Shown here piece by piece: positions 50,912 to 62,021 of a DNA stretch of 64,000 nucleotides (positions within the stretch are counted from its first letter, which is position 1; the number at the start of each line of letters is the position of its first letter). The DNA comes from an uncultured Pseudomonadota bacterium (GTDB taxonomy: Bacteria > Myxococcota_A > Polyangia > Fen-1088), in the NCBI GenBank assembly GCA_963847705.1, contig CAWKBC010000014.1:96001-160000 (forward strand), in the 5' to 3' direction. The position numbers were made by a program, and so were the translations under genes. The notes below the pieces were generated by a model, which worked only from the letters and a program-made list of their open reading frames with translations, made no database searches and was not told the DNA's origin.

Positions 50912-52042
50912 GTGGCATCCATCCCTCGCGCTCCCGGCGCCGACCGCGCCGAGCGCCATCTGACCGTCGCTGTCGCCGCCCACGAGCGCGCCATCGCGCT
51001 GCGGATCGCCGGCCGCTTCGCTCCGGCCGAGCAGGCCTGCCGCCGGGCGCTGGCGGGCTATACGGCCGCGGAGGGGGCCCGCCACCCCGACGTGGCCAAC
51101 GCGCTCTGCGAGCTGGCCACGACCCTGCAGGCGCGCGATCGCCCCACCGAGGCTGCCCGTGCCCTCCGCCGGGCGCTGGCGATCCTGCGCGCGCCCTCGG
51201 ACGATCCCGATCTGCTGCGCCTCCGGCTGCAAGCGCGGATTGCCCTGGCCGGCCTCGACCGCGCGCGCGGCGCCTACGGCGCCGCCGACCGCGGCTTCCG
51301 GGCCGTGCTGGCGGAGGCGCGGCGCCGGCTGCCGCCGCGCGATCCGCTGACGCTCGGGGTGCTCAACAACCTGGGCGTCCTGCGCAAGGCCGAGGGGCGC
51401 TACGCCGAGGCCGTCGGCTTTTATCGGCAGACGAAGCGCCTGCTCGGCCGCGATCGCCAGGCGCGCGCCACGCTGGAGCACAACCTCGGCGGCATCGCCC
51501 ACGCGCGCGGCCGCTACGCCGAGGCCGAGCCGCACGCCCGGCGCGCGGTCACGCTGCGGGCGGCGGCCGTCGGGGCGTCGCACCCGGCCTGGGCGGCCGA
51601 CGTCGCGGCGCTGGCGGCGGTGGTGGAATCGCGCGGTCGCCTCGACGAGGCGGCGGCCCTCTACCGCCGGTCCCAGGCGGTCTTCCGCCGCAAGCTCGGC
51701 GAGGCCAGCCTGGAGTTCGGCCTGGGGCTGGCCGGGCTGGCGGCCGTCGAGCAGCAGCGGGGGAACGTCGCCCGCGCCCGGTCGCTGTATGCGCGGGCGC
51801 TGCCGACGCTGGGGCGCCGCCTCGGACGCCACCATCCCGACGTCGCCTTGACCGTCAACAACCTCGCCGTGCTGGAGCGAAACGAGCATCGCCTCGGGCG
51901 CGCGGAGGCGCTGTTCCGGCGCGCGGCCGAGAGCCTGCGGCGCGCGCTCGGGGCGCGGCACCCACACACCGTCCTGGCGCGCGACAACCTGCGCGCGGTG
52001 ACTGCGGCACGGCTCAAGCCCACCCGCGTCACCCGCCGATGA
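50912..52042 (+). CDS. Tetratricopeptide repeat protein (kinesin-light-chain-like TPRs)
   Basis: Repeated G.RHPDVA..LNNL...G.Y.EA motifs; start uncertain. Confidence 0.82.
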   Translation: MASIPRAPGADRAERHLTVAVAAHERAIALRIAGRFAPAEQACRRALAGYTAAEGARHPDVANALCELATTLQARDRPTEAARALRRALAILRAPSDDPDLLRLRLQARIALAGLDRARGAYGAADRGFRAVLAEARRRLPPRDPLTLGVLNNLGVLRKAEGRYAEAVGFYRQTKRLLGRDRQARATLEHNLGGIAHARGRYAEAEPHARRAVTLRAAAVGASHPAWAADVAALAAVVESRGRLDEAAALYRRSQAVFRRKLGEASLEFGLGLAGLAAVEQQRGNVARARSLYARALPTLGRRLGRHHPDVALTVNNLAVLERNEHRLGRAEALFRRAAESLRRALGARHPHTVLARDNLRAVTAARLKPTRVTRR

Positions 52043-52052
52043 CCAGTCACTG

Positions 52053-53444
52053 ATGGCGGAGCCCCTCCTCGACCTGGTTGTGCGCGGGGGGACCATCGTG
52101 AACGCCGACGGGCGACAGCGGGTCGACGTGGGGGTCGCCGGCGGGCGCGTCGTTCAGCTCGGCGGCGCGATGACCGGCGCCCGCGAGCTCGACGCCGGTG
52201 GCCGCTTCGTCCTGCCGGGGGGCGTCGATCCGCATGTCCACCTCAACGTCGCCGAGCTCGACTCCAGCGAACCGGACTGGGTCGACGACTACACCAGCGG
52301 CTCGGAGGCCGCGCTGGCCGGGGGCGTCACCACCGTCGGCAACATGTCCTACGTCCTGCCCTGGGAGACCATCGCCGAGCGCGTGGCCGCCGAGTCGGCG
52401 CTGGTGGCGCGGCAGGCGATCGCCGACGTCTTCTTCCACGCCGTCGTGCTGACGCCGGGCCCCGAGCTCGTGGCCGAGGTGGGACCGGCGGTGGCGGCGG
52501 GTCAGTCGAGCATGAAGATCTTCATGTGCATGCCGTCCTTCGACGCCTGCGCCCCGGAGTTCAGCCGGCTGATGAAGGCCACCGGCGACGCGGGTGGAAT
52601 CGTGCTCATCCACTGCGAAGATCTCGCCACCATCGAATGTTGCACCGCCATGCTCTCGGCGCGGGCGCAGACCGCGACCGCGCACTTCGCCGAGAGCCGG
52701 CCGGTCGCCTCGGAGGTCATCGCGGTCGAGCGGGCCATCGCCATGTGCCGCGCCACCGGCGCGCCGACCTACATCGTCCACCTGTCGTCGGCGGGCGCGC
52801 TGGTGGCCGCGCGGGCGGCCCGCGCCGAGGGGCTCCCCCTCTTCGTGGAGACGCGCCCCCTCTACCTCTACCTGACCGAGGAGCGTTACCGCGACCCCGA
52901 CGGCGGCATCTACGTGGCCCAGCCGCCGCTGCGCGCCGACGTCGATTGCGAGGCCCTCTGGCGCGGCATCGCCGACGGCACGGTCGACACGCTCGGCAGC
53001 GATCATGCTCCCTGGACGCGCGCGCTCAAGCTCGACCCCAAGCTGGACGTCGCTCATCCGCGCCCGGGCGTGGCCGAGCTCGACACCATGTTGCCGCTCT
53101 TCTTCACCGAGGCGGTCGGCAAGGAACGGATCACGCTGGAGCGCTTCGTCGCCCTCACCGCCAGCAACGCCGCCCGCCTGTTCGGCCTCTATCCGCGCAA
53201 GGGGACGATCGCGGTCGGCTCCGACGCCGACCTGGTGATCTGGGAGACGCGCGGGCGGCGAACGATTCGCGACGAGCAGCTCTTCTCGCGCGCCGGCCAC
53301 ACCGTCTACGCCGGCCGGGAGATCACCGCCTGGCCAAGGACCACCATCCGCCGGGGCGAGGTGGTGTTCGACGACGGCCGCATCGTGGGTCGCCCCGGCG
53401 GCGGCCAGCCCGTCCCGCGCGGCAAGACGCAGCCGCCGCGCTGA
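52053..53444 (+). CDS. Dihydropyrimidinase/allantoinase-like cyclic amidohydrolase
   Basis: PGGVDPHVH, GGVTT, KIFM, IHCED, IVHLSS, GSDHAP, GSDADLVIW. Confidence 0.88.
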   Translation: MAEPLLDLVVRGGTIVNADGRQRVDVGVAGGRVVQLGGAMTGARELDAGGRFVLPGGVDPHVHLNVAELDSSEPDWVDDYTSGSEAALAGGVTTVGNMSYVLPWETIAERVAAESALVARQAIADVFFHAVVLTPGPELVAEVGPAVAAGQSSMKIFMCMPSFDACAPEFSRLMKATGDAGGIVLIHCEDLATIECCTAMLSARAQTATAHFAESRPVASEVIAVERAIAMCRATGAPTYIVHLSSAGALVAARAARAEGLPLFVETRPLYLYLTEERYRDPDGGIYVAQPPLRADVDCEALWRGIADGTVDTLGSDHAPWTRALKLDPKLDVAHPRPGVAELDTMLPLFFTEAVGKERITLERFVALTASNAARLFGLYPRKGTIAVGSDADLVIWETRGRRTIRDEQLFSRAGHTVYAGREITAWPRTTIRRGEVVFDDGRIVGRPGGGQPVPRGKTQPPR

Positions 53445-53516
53445 CTGTCCCGCGCGGCAAGACGCAGCCGCCGCGCTGACTGTCCCGCGCGGCGAGACGC
53501 AGCCCCCGCGCTGACT
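53412..53516. repeat. Three tandem 35-bp copies of the amidohydrolase 3' end
   Basis: gtcccgcgcggcaagacgcagccgccgcgctgact x3; the third copy has two mismatches. Confidence 0.92.
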
Positions 53517-56064
53517 ACCCCGGCTGGCGTGCGGCCAGCCAGCGGGTCACCTCGTCGGCTCGGCTCGCGAAGGCGGGCTGCCGGAGATAGGCCTTGTGGG
53601 CGCCGGTGGCCAGCCGAAGCGCGCGCTCCCGGTCGCCGCCCGATTCCCACAGCGCGCGGGCCAGCGCGAAGCTCGTCTCGGCCACCAACGCGGCGTCGTT
53701 TTCGTGCAGATCGCGGATGCGCCAGGCCCGTTCGAGCGGCGCGACCGCCACCGCCGGCAGGTGCTCGGCGAGGTAGCTCTGGCCGAGGCCGGCCAGGGTG
53801 TAGGCGACGATCGTGCTGTCCGCCCCGTAGGCCCGCTCCTCGATGGAGAGCGCCTGTCGATAGGCCGCGCGTGCCTCCTCGTGACGGCCCAGCTTGTCGA
53901 GGCTCTCCCCCTTGTTGGAGATGAAGGTGGCGACCAGCGGGTGCCCGGCCCCGACCTCTCGAGCCAGGTCGGCGATCGCCCGATCGAAATAGCCGACCGC
54001 CTCTTGGTTCCGGCCGACATCCGCCAGGACATTGGCCTCGTTGTTCAAGCTACGCGCCACATCGCCGCGGCTCACGCCTGCGTGGACTTTGAGCGCGACG
54101 GCGCGTTCTTCGTGGGCCAGCGCTTCCGGATAGCGCCCCTGGCTCTTCCGGTTGGTCGCGATGTGCGTCTCCAGCCAGGCCCGCAACCGCTCGTGCCCGC
54201 CGATCCGGTCGAGAATCGCATAGGCCTGGCCAGTCCAGTCATCGGCCTCGTCGTAACGTCCGAGCGCGCCCGACGTCCAGACCAAGAACACGATCGCCTC
54301 CGCTTCGGTCTCGTCGGCGTGCGACGCCTCGGCCAGCCAGGCCGCCTCCTTGATCGCTTCATGGCTCGCCGCGCCGTCATTCCCACCCGCCAGAACCTCG
54401 CCGAGCTGCAAGAGCGATTCCGCCAGCACCGGCGAATAGTGAATGCGGCGCGCGTCGACCACCAGCGCCCGCAGGTTGCTGGTGGCCGCCTTTTCGTTGC
54501 CCGCGCCATGCAGCACCTTGGCTTCGGCGATGCCCGCGCGGATCCGAGCCACCTCGTCGCGGGTCGCGGCATCCGCAGGCGGCGACAGGACGTTGCGCAG
54601 CAGCTTGGGATCGGCGCACAGCTCCAGGGTGCCGAGCGCGTCCGCGGCGGCGACGGCGTTGTCGACCACGTCGCCGTCGGCCTGTGAAAGCAGCTGGGTC
54701 AGTGACTTCGCGCCGTTCAACCTCTCGCCCAGGCAGGCCATCCGCAGGTCGAGGACCTCGGCCGATTGCTCGCCACGGACCTGGGTTGCCTCGCAGGCCT
54801 CGGTGTACATCCCGCTCCAGCGCCCGAGATAGTCCGTCAGCAGGCGGTCGACGCTGGAGAAGCTCTCCGCCGCGTAGGAGCGGCCGCTCCGGTCGAACGC
54901 CTGAAGCGCCCGGCGCTTGACGCCGCCGTCCCAGACCCCCGCCAGCCTGTCACCGGCGGCCCGGCAGAGGCGCGGGCGCTCGGCAATCTGAACGGCGCGC
55001 ATGCCCCCCACGCAGGCCGCGACGACCAGCGCCGCCGACGTCAAGCGCCGGTGCCGCGCGACCCCCTTTTTCGCCCGCACCCAGCTGCGCTGGAGCGCGG
55101 ACCGCGGCCGCGCCGCTTCTGCCGCCGCCAGGCGCCCCACCACGGCCATCGCGGTCGGGGGGCGCAACGCCGGGTTGGCGGAGAGGCAGTCGACGCACAG
55201 CCGCGCCAGCTCCTCCTCGACCGGGGTTGCTTCCGGCGGCAGCGGCCATTTCAGGGTGGGCCTGTCGTCGATCTGCTCGAAGGCGGGTCGGCAACCAAAC
55301 AGGGTCTCGTGGAGGATGACGCCGAGCTGCCAGACGTCGGACCGCCGATCACCGCGCTGACCGAGCAGCGTCTCCGGCGGCATGTAGTTGGGCGTCCCGC
55401 CGTTCATGGTCGTGCTGGCCGACAGCTCGATGGCCAGACCGAAGTCCGAAATCACCAGGCGGCCGTCCTCCATGCGCAGCACGTTCTGGGGCGTCACGTC
55501 ACGGTGGACGATCCCGACGGCGTGGATCGCCGCCAGCCCGGCGCAGATCGCCCGGGCGTCCGTCAGGCGCTCCCCGAGCGGCCTGGGCTCCTTGCGGGTC
55601 CCCTGATGCAGCAGGGCGCGCAACGTTCCCCCGGTCCCCAGCTCCATGGTCACGAACCAATGCCCGTCCGCGTGACCCAGCTCGTACACCCGACAGACGT
55701 TCGGATGACGAATGGCGCGAGCGACCTTCACCTCCCGCGCGAGCCGCATGATCCAGCTCCGCTGGCGCGCCCGATCGGGGCGCAGAACCTTGATTGCAAT
55801 CAGCTCGCCCAGCACGCGATCCCAGGCACGGTAGACCGTTCCGCTCCCCCCCTGTCCCAGGATCGCTTCGATCTGATAGCGCCCCGCCAGGACCGCCGCG
55901 ACGCCGAGCTCGGTTTCCGGCGCCACCTCGAACTGGTGCGATTCCGCGGACATCGTCACCGAATGCTCGGGCTCGCTCCCGGAGAAAACAGCCTTCTGGG
56001 AATCGTCCGAATCGTCCGCCAACGCGCCCTCCTCCCTGCACCGGCCGGTGCCGTTGTATATCAT
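53515..56064 (-). CDS. Transmembrane Ser/Thr protein kinase with C-terminal TPR repeats (paralog of 43172-45862)
   Basis: GQGGSGTVY, IAIK, HRDVTPQN, DFGLA; shares the CEATQ..EQS.EVLDLRM.CL.ERL segment; start uncertain. Confidence 0.9.
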   Translation of the reverse strand: MIYNGTGRCREEGALADDSDDSQKAVFSGSEPEHSVTMSAESHQFEVAPETELGVAAVLAGRYQIEAILGQGGSGTVYRAWDRVLGELIAIKVLRPDRARQRSWIMRLAREVKVARAIRHPNVCRVYELGHADGHWFVTMELGTGGTLRALLHQGTRKEPRPLGERLTDARAICAGLAAIHAVGIVHRDVTPQNVLRMEDGRLVISDFGLAIELSASTTMNGGTPNYMPPETLLGQRGDRRSDVWQLGVILHETLFGCRPAFEQIDDRPTLKWPLPPEATPVEEELARLCVDCLSANPALRPPTAMAVVGRLAAAEAARPRSALQRSWVRAKKGVARHRRLTSAALVVAACVGGMRAVQIAERPRLCRAAGDRLAGVWDGGVKRRALQAFDRSGRSYAAESFSSVDRLLTDYLGRWSGMYTEACEATQVRGEQSAEVLDLRMACLGERLNGAKSLTQLLSQADGDVVDNAVAAADALGTLELCADPKLLRNVLSPPADAATRDEVARIRAGIAEAKVLHGAGNEKAATSNLRALVVDARRIHYSPVLAESLLQLGEVLAGGNDGAASHEAIKEAAWLAEASHADETEAEAIVFLVWTSGALGRYDEADDWTGQAYAILDRIGGHERLRAWLETHIATNRKSQGRYPEALAHEERAVALKVHAGVSRGDVARSLNNEANVLADVGRNQEAVGYFDRAIADLAREVGAGHPLVATFISNKGESLDKLGRHEEARAAYRQALSIEERAYGADSTIVAYTLAGLGQSYLAEHLPAVAVAPLERAWRIRDLHENDAALVAETSFALARALWESGGDRERALRLATGAHKAYLRQPAFASRADEVTRWLAARQPG

Positions 56065-56099
56065 GACGTTTTCGCAAACTGCCTTCTGACCGACCAGCC

Positions 56100-57581
<1,482 letters not shown>

Positions 57582-57582
<1 letters not shown>

Positions 57583-58758
57583 TGGGGACTGCGAAGGTCG
57601 TGTTGCGGCAGGGGCGTGCGCGCCCGCTCTGGTTCGGACATCCCTGGGTCTACGCCAACGGCGTGGCGCGCGTCGAGGGGGACCCGGCCCCGGGCGACGT
57701 GGTGGCGCTCTGCGATCACGACGGCCGGTTCATCGGCCAGGGCTTTTACAACCCGCGTTCGCAGATTCCGGTCCGGCTCTGCACGCGGGGCGACGGGCCG
57801 GTCGACGCCGCCTTCTTCCGGGCCCGGATCGCCCGAGCCCGCGTCGCGCGCGCCCGTCTCGGCCTGCCGTCCGAGCGCACGAGTGTCTACCGCCTGGTCA
57901 ACAGCGAGGGGGACGACCTGCCGGGGCTGGTGGTCGACGTCTACGGTGACGCCGCGGTCGTGCAGATCACCACGCTGGGGATCTCGGCCCGGCGCAACGA
58001 GATCTTCGACGCGCTGGAGGCGGAGCTGGGGAGCAAGACGATCTTCGAGATCTCCCCCGCCTCCTACGCGGAGCTGGAGGGGTTCGCCGCCGGCTCGCGC
58101 GTGGCGCGCGGAGAGCCGCGCACCAGCGTCACGGTCGTCGAGGAGGGCATCACGCTGGAGGTCGAGCCGCTCTCCGGACAGAAGACGGGGATGTTCATCG
58201 ACCAGCGCGAGACCCGCGCCCGCGTCGGCGCGCTGGCCAGGGGCGCGCGCGTGCTCGATTCTGTACGCCTACGCCGGCGGCTTCTCGCTGGCCGCCGCCC
58301 GCGGCGGCGCCAAGACGGTCACTGCCGTCGACAGCTCGGCCCGCGCCGTCGCCCGCACGCTGGCGCACGCCGAGAAGAACGGGGTCAAGATCGACGCGGT
58401 CGAGGCCGACGCCTTTCGCTTCCTCGAGACGGCCACGCCGCGCGCCTTCGATCTGCTGGTGGTCGACCCGCCCAAGTTCGCGCGCGCCCGCAAGGATCTG
58501 GAAGCGGCACGCAAAGGCTACGAACGGCTGAACTCGCTGGCCATGCAGGCGGCGGCGCCGGGGGCGATCCTGGTGACCTGCTCCTGCTCGCAGAACGTCG
58601 ACGCGGAGGCGTTCGAACGGATCGTCGCCGCTGGCGCCAAGCAGGCCGGCCGCGAGGTCCGCGTCTTCGAGCGCCGCGGCCCGGCCGCCGACCACCTCCT
58701 TCCGCCCGGCTTCACCGAAGGCCAGTACCTCAAAGTCCTGCTCTGCTACGTGGTCTGA
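57582..58758 (+). CDS. rlmI: RlmI-like SAM-dependent rRNA methyltransferase, single-base frameshift near 58259
   Basis: GHPWVY, SEGDDLPGLVVD, GQKTG.FIDQR; after repair VLDLYAYAGGF, DPPKF, TCSCS. Confidence 0.82.
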
Positions 58759-58854
58759 ACCGCCTCCCCCTCTCCGCTCCGCCCGCAAACCGCCCCCGCC
58801 CGGCCACCAATCCGCCCCCGCCCCTGCGAAGTGGAGCCGAGGTGAAACGCGAGT

Positions 58855-58969
58855 GCGGCGGGGGACGGGGGACTCCTCGGCCGGAGCTGAGTCGGGCGGC
58901 TCTGTCGTTCCGCCCGACGATTCCAACCTTTCAGGTGCGCAGGCCGAGGAGTCCCCCGTCCCCCGCCGC
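58855..58969. repeat. 28-bp perfect inverted repeat with nested hairpin (MITE/REPIN-like or structured RNA)
   Basis: gcggcgggggacgggggactcctcggcc (58855-58882) pairs with 58942-58969; inner stem gtcgggcgg/ccgcccgac. Confidence 0.8.
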
Positions 58970-59010
58970 CGCCAGTGAACCGAGCGGAGCGGCCCCGAAG
59001 GCGAGGGGCG

Positions 59011-59373
59011 TCAGGGCGCGCCGTGGACGCTGCCTGGGCTGCCGTGCAGGACGGCCAGGTAGTAGACGAGCATGGCGATGATGGTGCCGAGCGAGATCCA
59101 CTCGAAGGGGATGCGCCCGAACAGCTTCCAGCGCGGCGCGAAGAACCGCCCGTGCGAGCGCTTGTAGATCTGCTGTTTGACGTCGGTCAGGAGACTGGGC
59201 GGCGCCGTCTGCTTGAGGCGTCCGAGCGAGCCGAGCGTCCGCTTGAACGCCACCAGCTCGGTGCGGCACTGGATGCAGATCGCCAGGTGCTGCTCGACCT
59301 CCACGCGCTTGATCTCGGGGAGCGCCCCGTCGACAAAGTCGGAGAATTCGTTCTGCGCCTCGGCGTGGTCCAT
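59011..59373 (-). CDS. Zinc-finger (zf-HC2) anti-sigma factor
   Basis: HLAICIQC motif, C-terminal TM, downstream of an ECF sigma. Confidence 0.87.
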   Translation of the reverse strand: MDHAEAQNEFSDFVDGALPEIKRVEVEQHLAICIQCRTELVAFKRTLGSLGRLKQTAPPSLLTDVKQQIYKRSHGRFFAPRWKLFGRIPFEWISLGTIIAMLVYYLAVLHGSPGSVHGAP

Positions 59374-59375
59374 GG

Positions 59376-59966
59376 CTACTTGGTGTGCTTGTCCAGCTCT
59401 TCTTTGATCGCCATGCGGGCCCGGTGGAGGCGCGATTTGATCGTCCCTTCGGGCAGGCCGGTGATCTCCCCTATCTCTTGATATGACATCTCTTCGACGT
59501 CGCGCAAAATCACCAGCAGGCGGTGCTCCTCGTCCAGCGCGGCGATGGCCGTCTGCATGAGCCGCTCCATCTCGGCCGCCTCGAGCAGCTTGTCCGGCGC
59601 GTCGATCTGCGCGTGCGCGATCGGCCCGGGCGTCCCCCCCGGCGCACCGACCCCCGCCTGCGCCGCGTCGTCGACCTCGCCGCCGTCGGTCGGCCGCCGC
59701 GCCAGGTACTTGATCCGGTTCTTGCTCTGGTTGGCGGCGATGCGCAGGAGCCAGGTCGAAAACTTCGCCTCCCCCCGGAAGCTGTCCACCGTCTTGAAGA
59801 CGGTGATGAAGACCTCCTGCGCGACGTCCTCCGCCTCGTGGCGGTTCCCCAGCATCCGGTAGATGAGGCTGAAGACCTTGTCGCCGTAGCGGCGAACGAT
59901 CTCGTCGAACGCCGACGGATCGCGTTCCTTCAAACGTGCGATGAGCAGCCGCTCGGCCAGGCTCAT
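59376..59966 (-). CDS. ECF sigma factor (RpoE-like)
   Basis: AEDVAQEVF, FSTWLLRIA, SYQEIGEI..PEGTIKSRLHRAR. Confidence 0.92.
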   Translation of the reverse strand: MSLAERLLIARLKERDPSAFDEIVRRYGDKVFSLIYRMLGNRHEAEDVAQEVFITVFKTVDSFRGEAKFSTWLLRIAANQSKNRIKYLARRPTDGGEVDDAAQAGVGAPGGTPGPIAHAQIDAPDKLLEAAEMERLMQTAIAALDEEHRLLVILRDVEEMSYQEIGEITGLPEGTIKSRLHRARMAIKEELDKHTK

Positions 59967-60063
59967 CGTGTACGGAACCCGGTTTCGCGATCGCGCCCGC
60001 GCAAAACGGAGCGTCGCTTCCACGTCAATACGGACAACGGACGCGTGGAAAGGTTCCCGCGGG

Positions 60064-61029
60064 TCACGGATTGTTCACGGGCGCGCGGGAATCCTGCATG
60101 TCCAGCGAGGGATCCTGCTGCGAGGCTGGAATGAAGAGGCGCAGCGAGACCTGCAACACCGTCTCGCGCACCTCGGCCCCCGAGGCGAGCGCGCTGCGGG
60201 TGAGGTCCTGTCGGATGCCGCCATCGAAGCCGCCGATCTCGGAGAGGCCCGACAGCCCGAAGGTGAGGTAGCCGTTGCCCGTCGAGGCGTCGTAGCCGCC
60301 CCCGGCGCGCACCGCCAGCTTGCCGAAGAAGGTGTAGCCGGCGCCGCCCATCAGCGAGGTCCCCTGGCGCCCCGTCTGGTTGTCGGCGGTGAAGCGGGTC
60401 AGCCCGTCGGCCACCACCAGCATGTTGGTGAGCGGAATCAGCGCCACCCCGTAGCCCACCGCCTGCGTCGCCTGGCTGGTCCCGAGGTCGCGCAGGTTGG
60501 TCCCCACGAGGCCGATGGAGACGATCTCGGTCGGCCGGATGGTGGCGCCGACGTCGAAGGTCAACCCGCCGTCGTGGCCGTTGAAGACGTCGGCGTCCTC
60601 CAGCCTGAAGTACTTGAGCGTCGCGCCAATCGACACGTAGGGCCCGAAGGGGAACGACAGCGCCAGCCCCGCCTCGTGACCGTGCGCGGCGAGGCCGTCG
60701 CTCGGATTGCTGGAGTGGTAGGTGTAGTAAAGGCCGCCCGCCAGATTGAACGGCGAGGTGCTGTCGACGATCGAGGCGTGCAGGAACTGGTCGGAGAGGC
60801 GGCTGCCGTAGCCGTACGTTCCGTCGATGGTGTAGGCCTTGGAGAGCGACATCCCCGACGGGTTGAGCAGCGGGCCCTCGTCGCCCACCGCCCAGGCCCG
60901 CGAAGCTCCCCCTGTCCCCAGGGCCTCCGTGGGCGTGAACTCCTCGAAGGCGCGCGCGGTCGCTCCCACCGCCGAGGTCAGGACGATCGCCAGGAGAACG
61001 ACGCAGGATCTCGAGCGGGCCGGGAGCAC
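60064..61029 (-). CDS. Exported beta-barrel-like protein
   Basis: Signal peptide, ALGTGGA...NPSG motif, amphipathic strands. Confidence 0.6.
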   Translation of the reverse strand: MLPARSRSCVVLLAIVLTSAVGATARAFEEFTPTEALGTGGASRAWAVGDEGPLLNPSGMSLSKAYTIDGTYGYGSRLSDQFLHASIVDSTSPFNLAGGLYYTYHSSNPSDGLAAHGHEAGLALSFPFGPYVSIGATLKYFRLEDADVFNGHDGGLTFDVGATIRPTEIVSIGLVGTNLRDLGTSQATQAVGYGVALIPLTNMLVVADGLTRFTADNQTGRQGTSLMGGAGYTFFGKLAVRAGGGYDASTGNGYLTFGLSGLSEIGGFDGGIRQDLTRSALASGAEVRETVLQVSLRLFIPASQQDPSLDMQDSRAPVNNP

Positions 61030-61054
61030 GGAGGGAGTCTAAGGCCGGCGGGCG

Positions 61055-61732
61055 CTACCTCCAATTGCGCTCCGCGAGGCTGGCGTACCCGTCCCACCCG
61101 ACGACGACGTGATCGAGCACCGGGATGCCGCAGAGATCGCCCACCTCGCGCAGCCGGGCGGTCAGCTCGATGTCGGCCCGCGAGGGGGCCGGATCGCCCG
61201 ACGGATGGTTGTGGCAAAAAATGACGGCAGCGGTCGCCTGCCGGATCAAAGGTCGGAAGACGTCGCGCGGATGGATCTCCACACCCGTGAGCGAGCCGCG
61301 CGCCAGACAGTGCTCGCTCTGCACCCGGTGACGCACGTCGAGGCCGAGCGCCCAGAACTCTTCGACCGACAAGGGGGCCAGTCGGCTGCGCAGATACGTC
61401 CAGACCTCGGACGCGCCGGCCACCCTCTGTCCACGCGAAGGACGGCCGGCGACCGCACGCCTTCCCAGCTCCAGCGCTGCCGCGATCAGGGTGGCGCGCA
61501 CCGGGCCGATCCCGGCGAAGCCGGACAGCTCGACGGGGGAGGCGCGCAAGAGCCCCGCCGGCCCCTCGACGCCGCGCAGAACCGCCGCCGCCACCTCCAG
61601 CGCGCTCGCCCCGCGCCGGCCGGTGCCGAGCACGACGGCCAGCAGCTCGCCGTCGGTGAGCTGCTCTGCGCCACGCGCCGCCAGCCGCTCGCGTGGACGA
61701 GCGTCCGGTTCCATGGCCGCGATCAGCGTCAT
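61055..61732 (-). CDS. radC: RadC/JAB-domain protein
   Basis: RPRERL, GIGPVRA, HPRDVF, HNHPSGDPAPSRAD, LDHVVV. Confidence 0.92.
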   Translation of the reverse strand: MTLIAAMEPDARPRERLAARGAEQLTDGELLAVVLGTGRRGASALEVAAAVLRGVEGPAGLLRASPVELSGFAGIGPVRATLIAAALELGRRAVAGRPSRGQRVAGASEVWTYLRSRLAPLSVEEFWALGLDVRHRVQSEHCLARGSLTGVEIHPRDVFRPLIRQATAAVIFCHNHPSGDPAPSRADIELTARLREVGDLCGIPVLDHVVVGWDGYASLAERNWR

Positions 61733-62021
61733 GCGTCGCAACGTTCGCAACGGTCGTGCCAGAGCAACGGTCCTGCTACGGCAACGGTCTTGCCACAGCC
61801 GCGCAAAGGTTCCGGGTCGCAATCCTCTACCTAACTATTGCTTTGGACTTCGCCAAAAGGCGTGCTAGCTTCCTTGCAACGCTCGTGGTTCGCGGCATTC
61901 TTGGCCGCACCGGCGTTGGAGGGCCGCGGTGGTTTTTGACGGCCCCCGCAGAGGTTTTCCACAGGGTGCATGAGGGCAGTTGGGCTGAACGGCGAGGGTA
62001 AGCGCCCATTTTTCCAGGAGT

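Noticed and set aside
48161-52096. 1311-aa ORF as a single protein
   Set aside because: The first ~405 codons are antisense to the TPR gene; the real start is ATG 50881 and the tail is out of frame after the frameshift.
61055-61732. Mobile-element-borne RadC
   Set aside because: Full-length chromosomal type with N-terminal HhH region; no integrase or att sites nearby.
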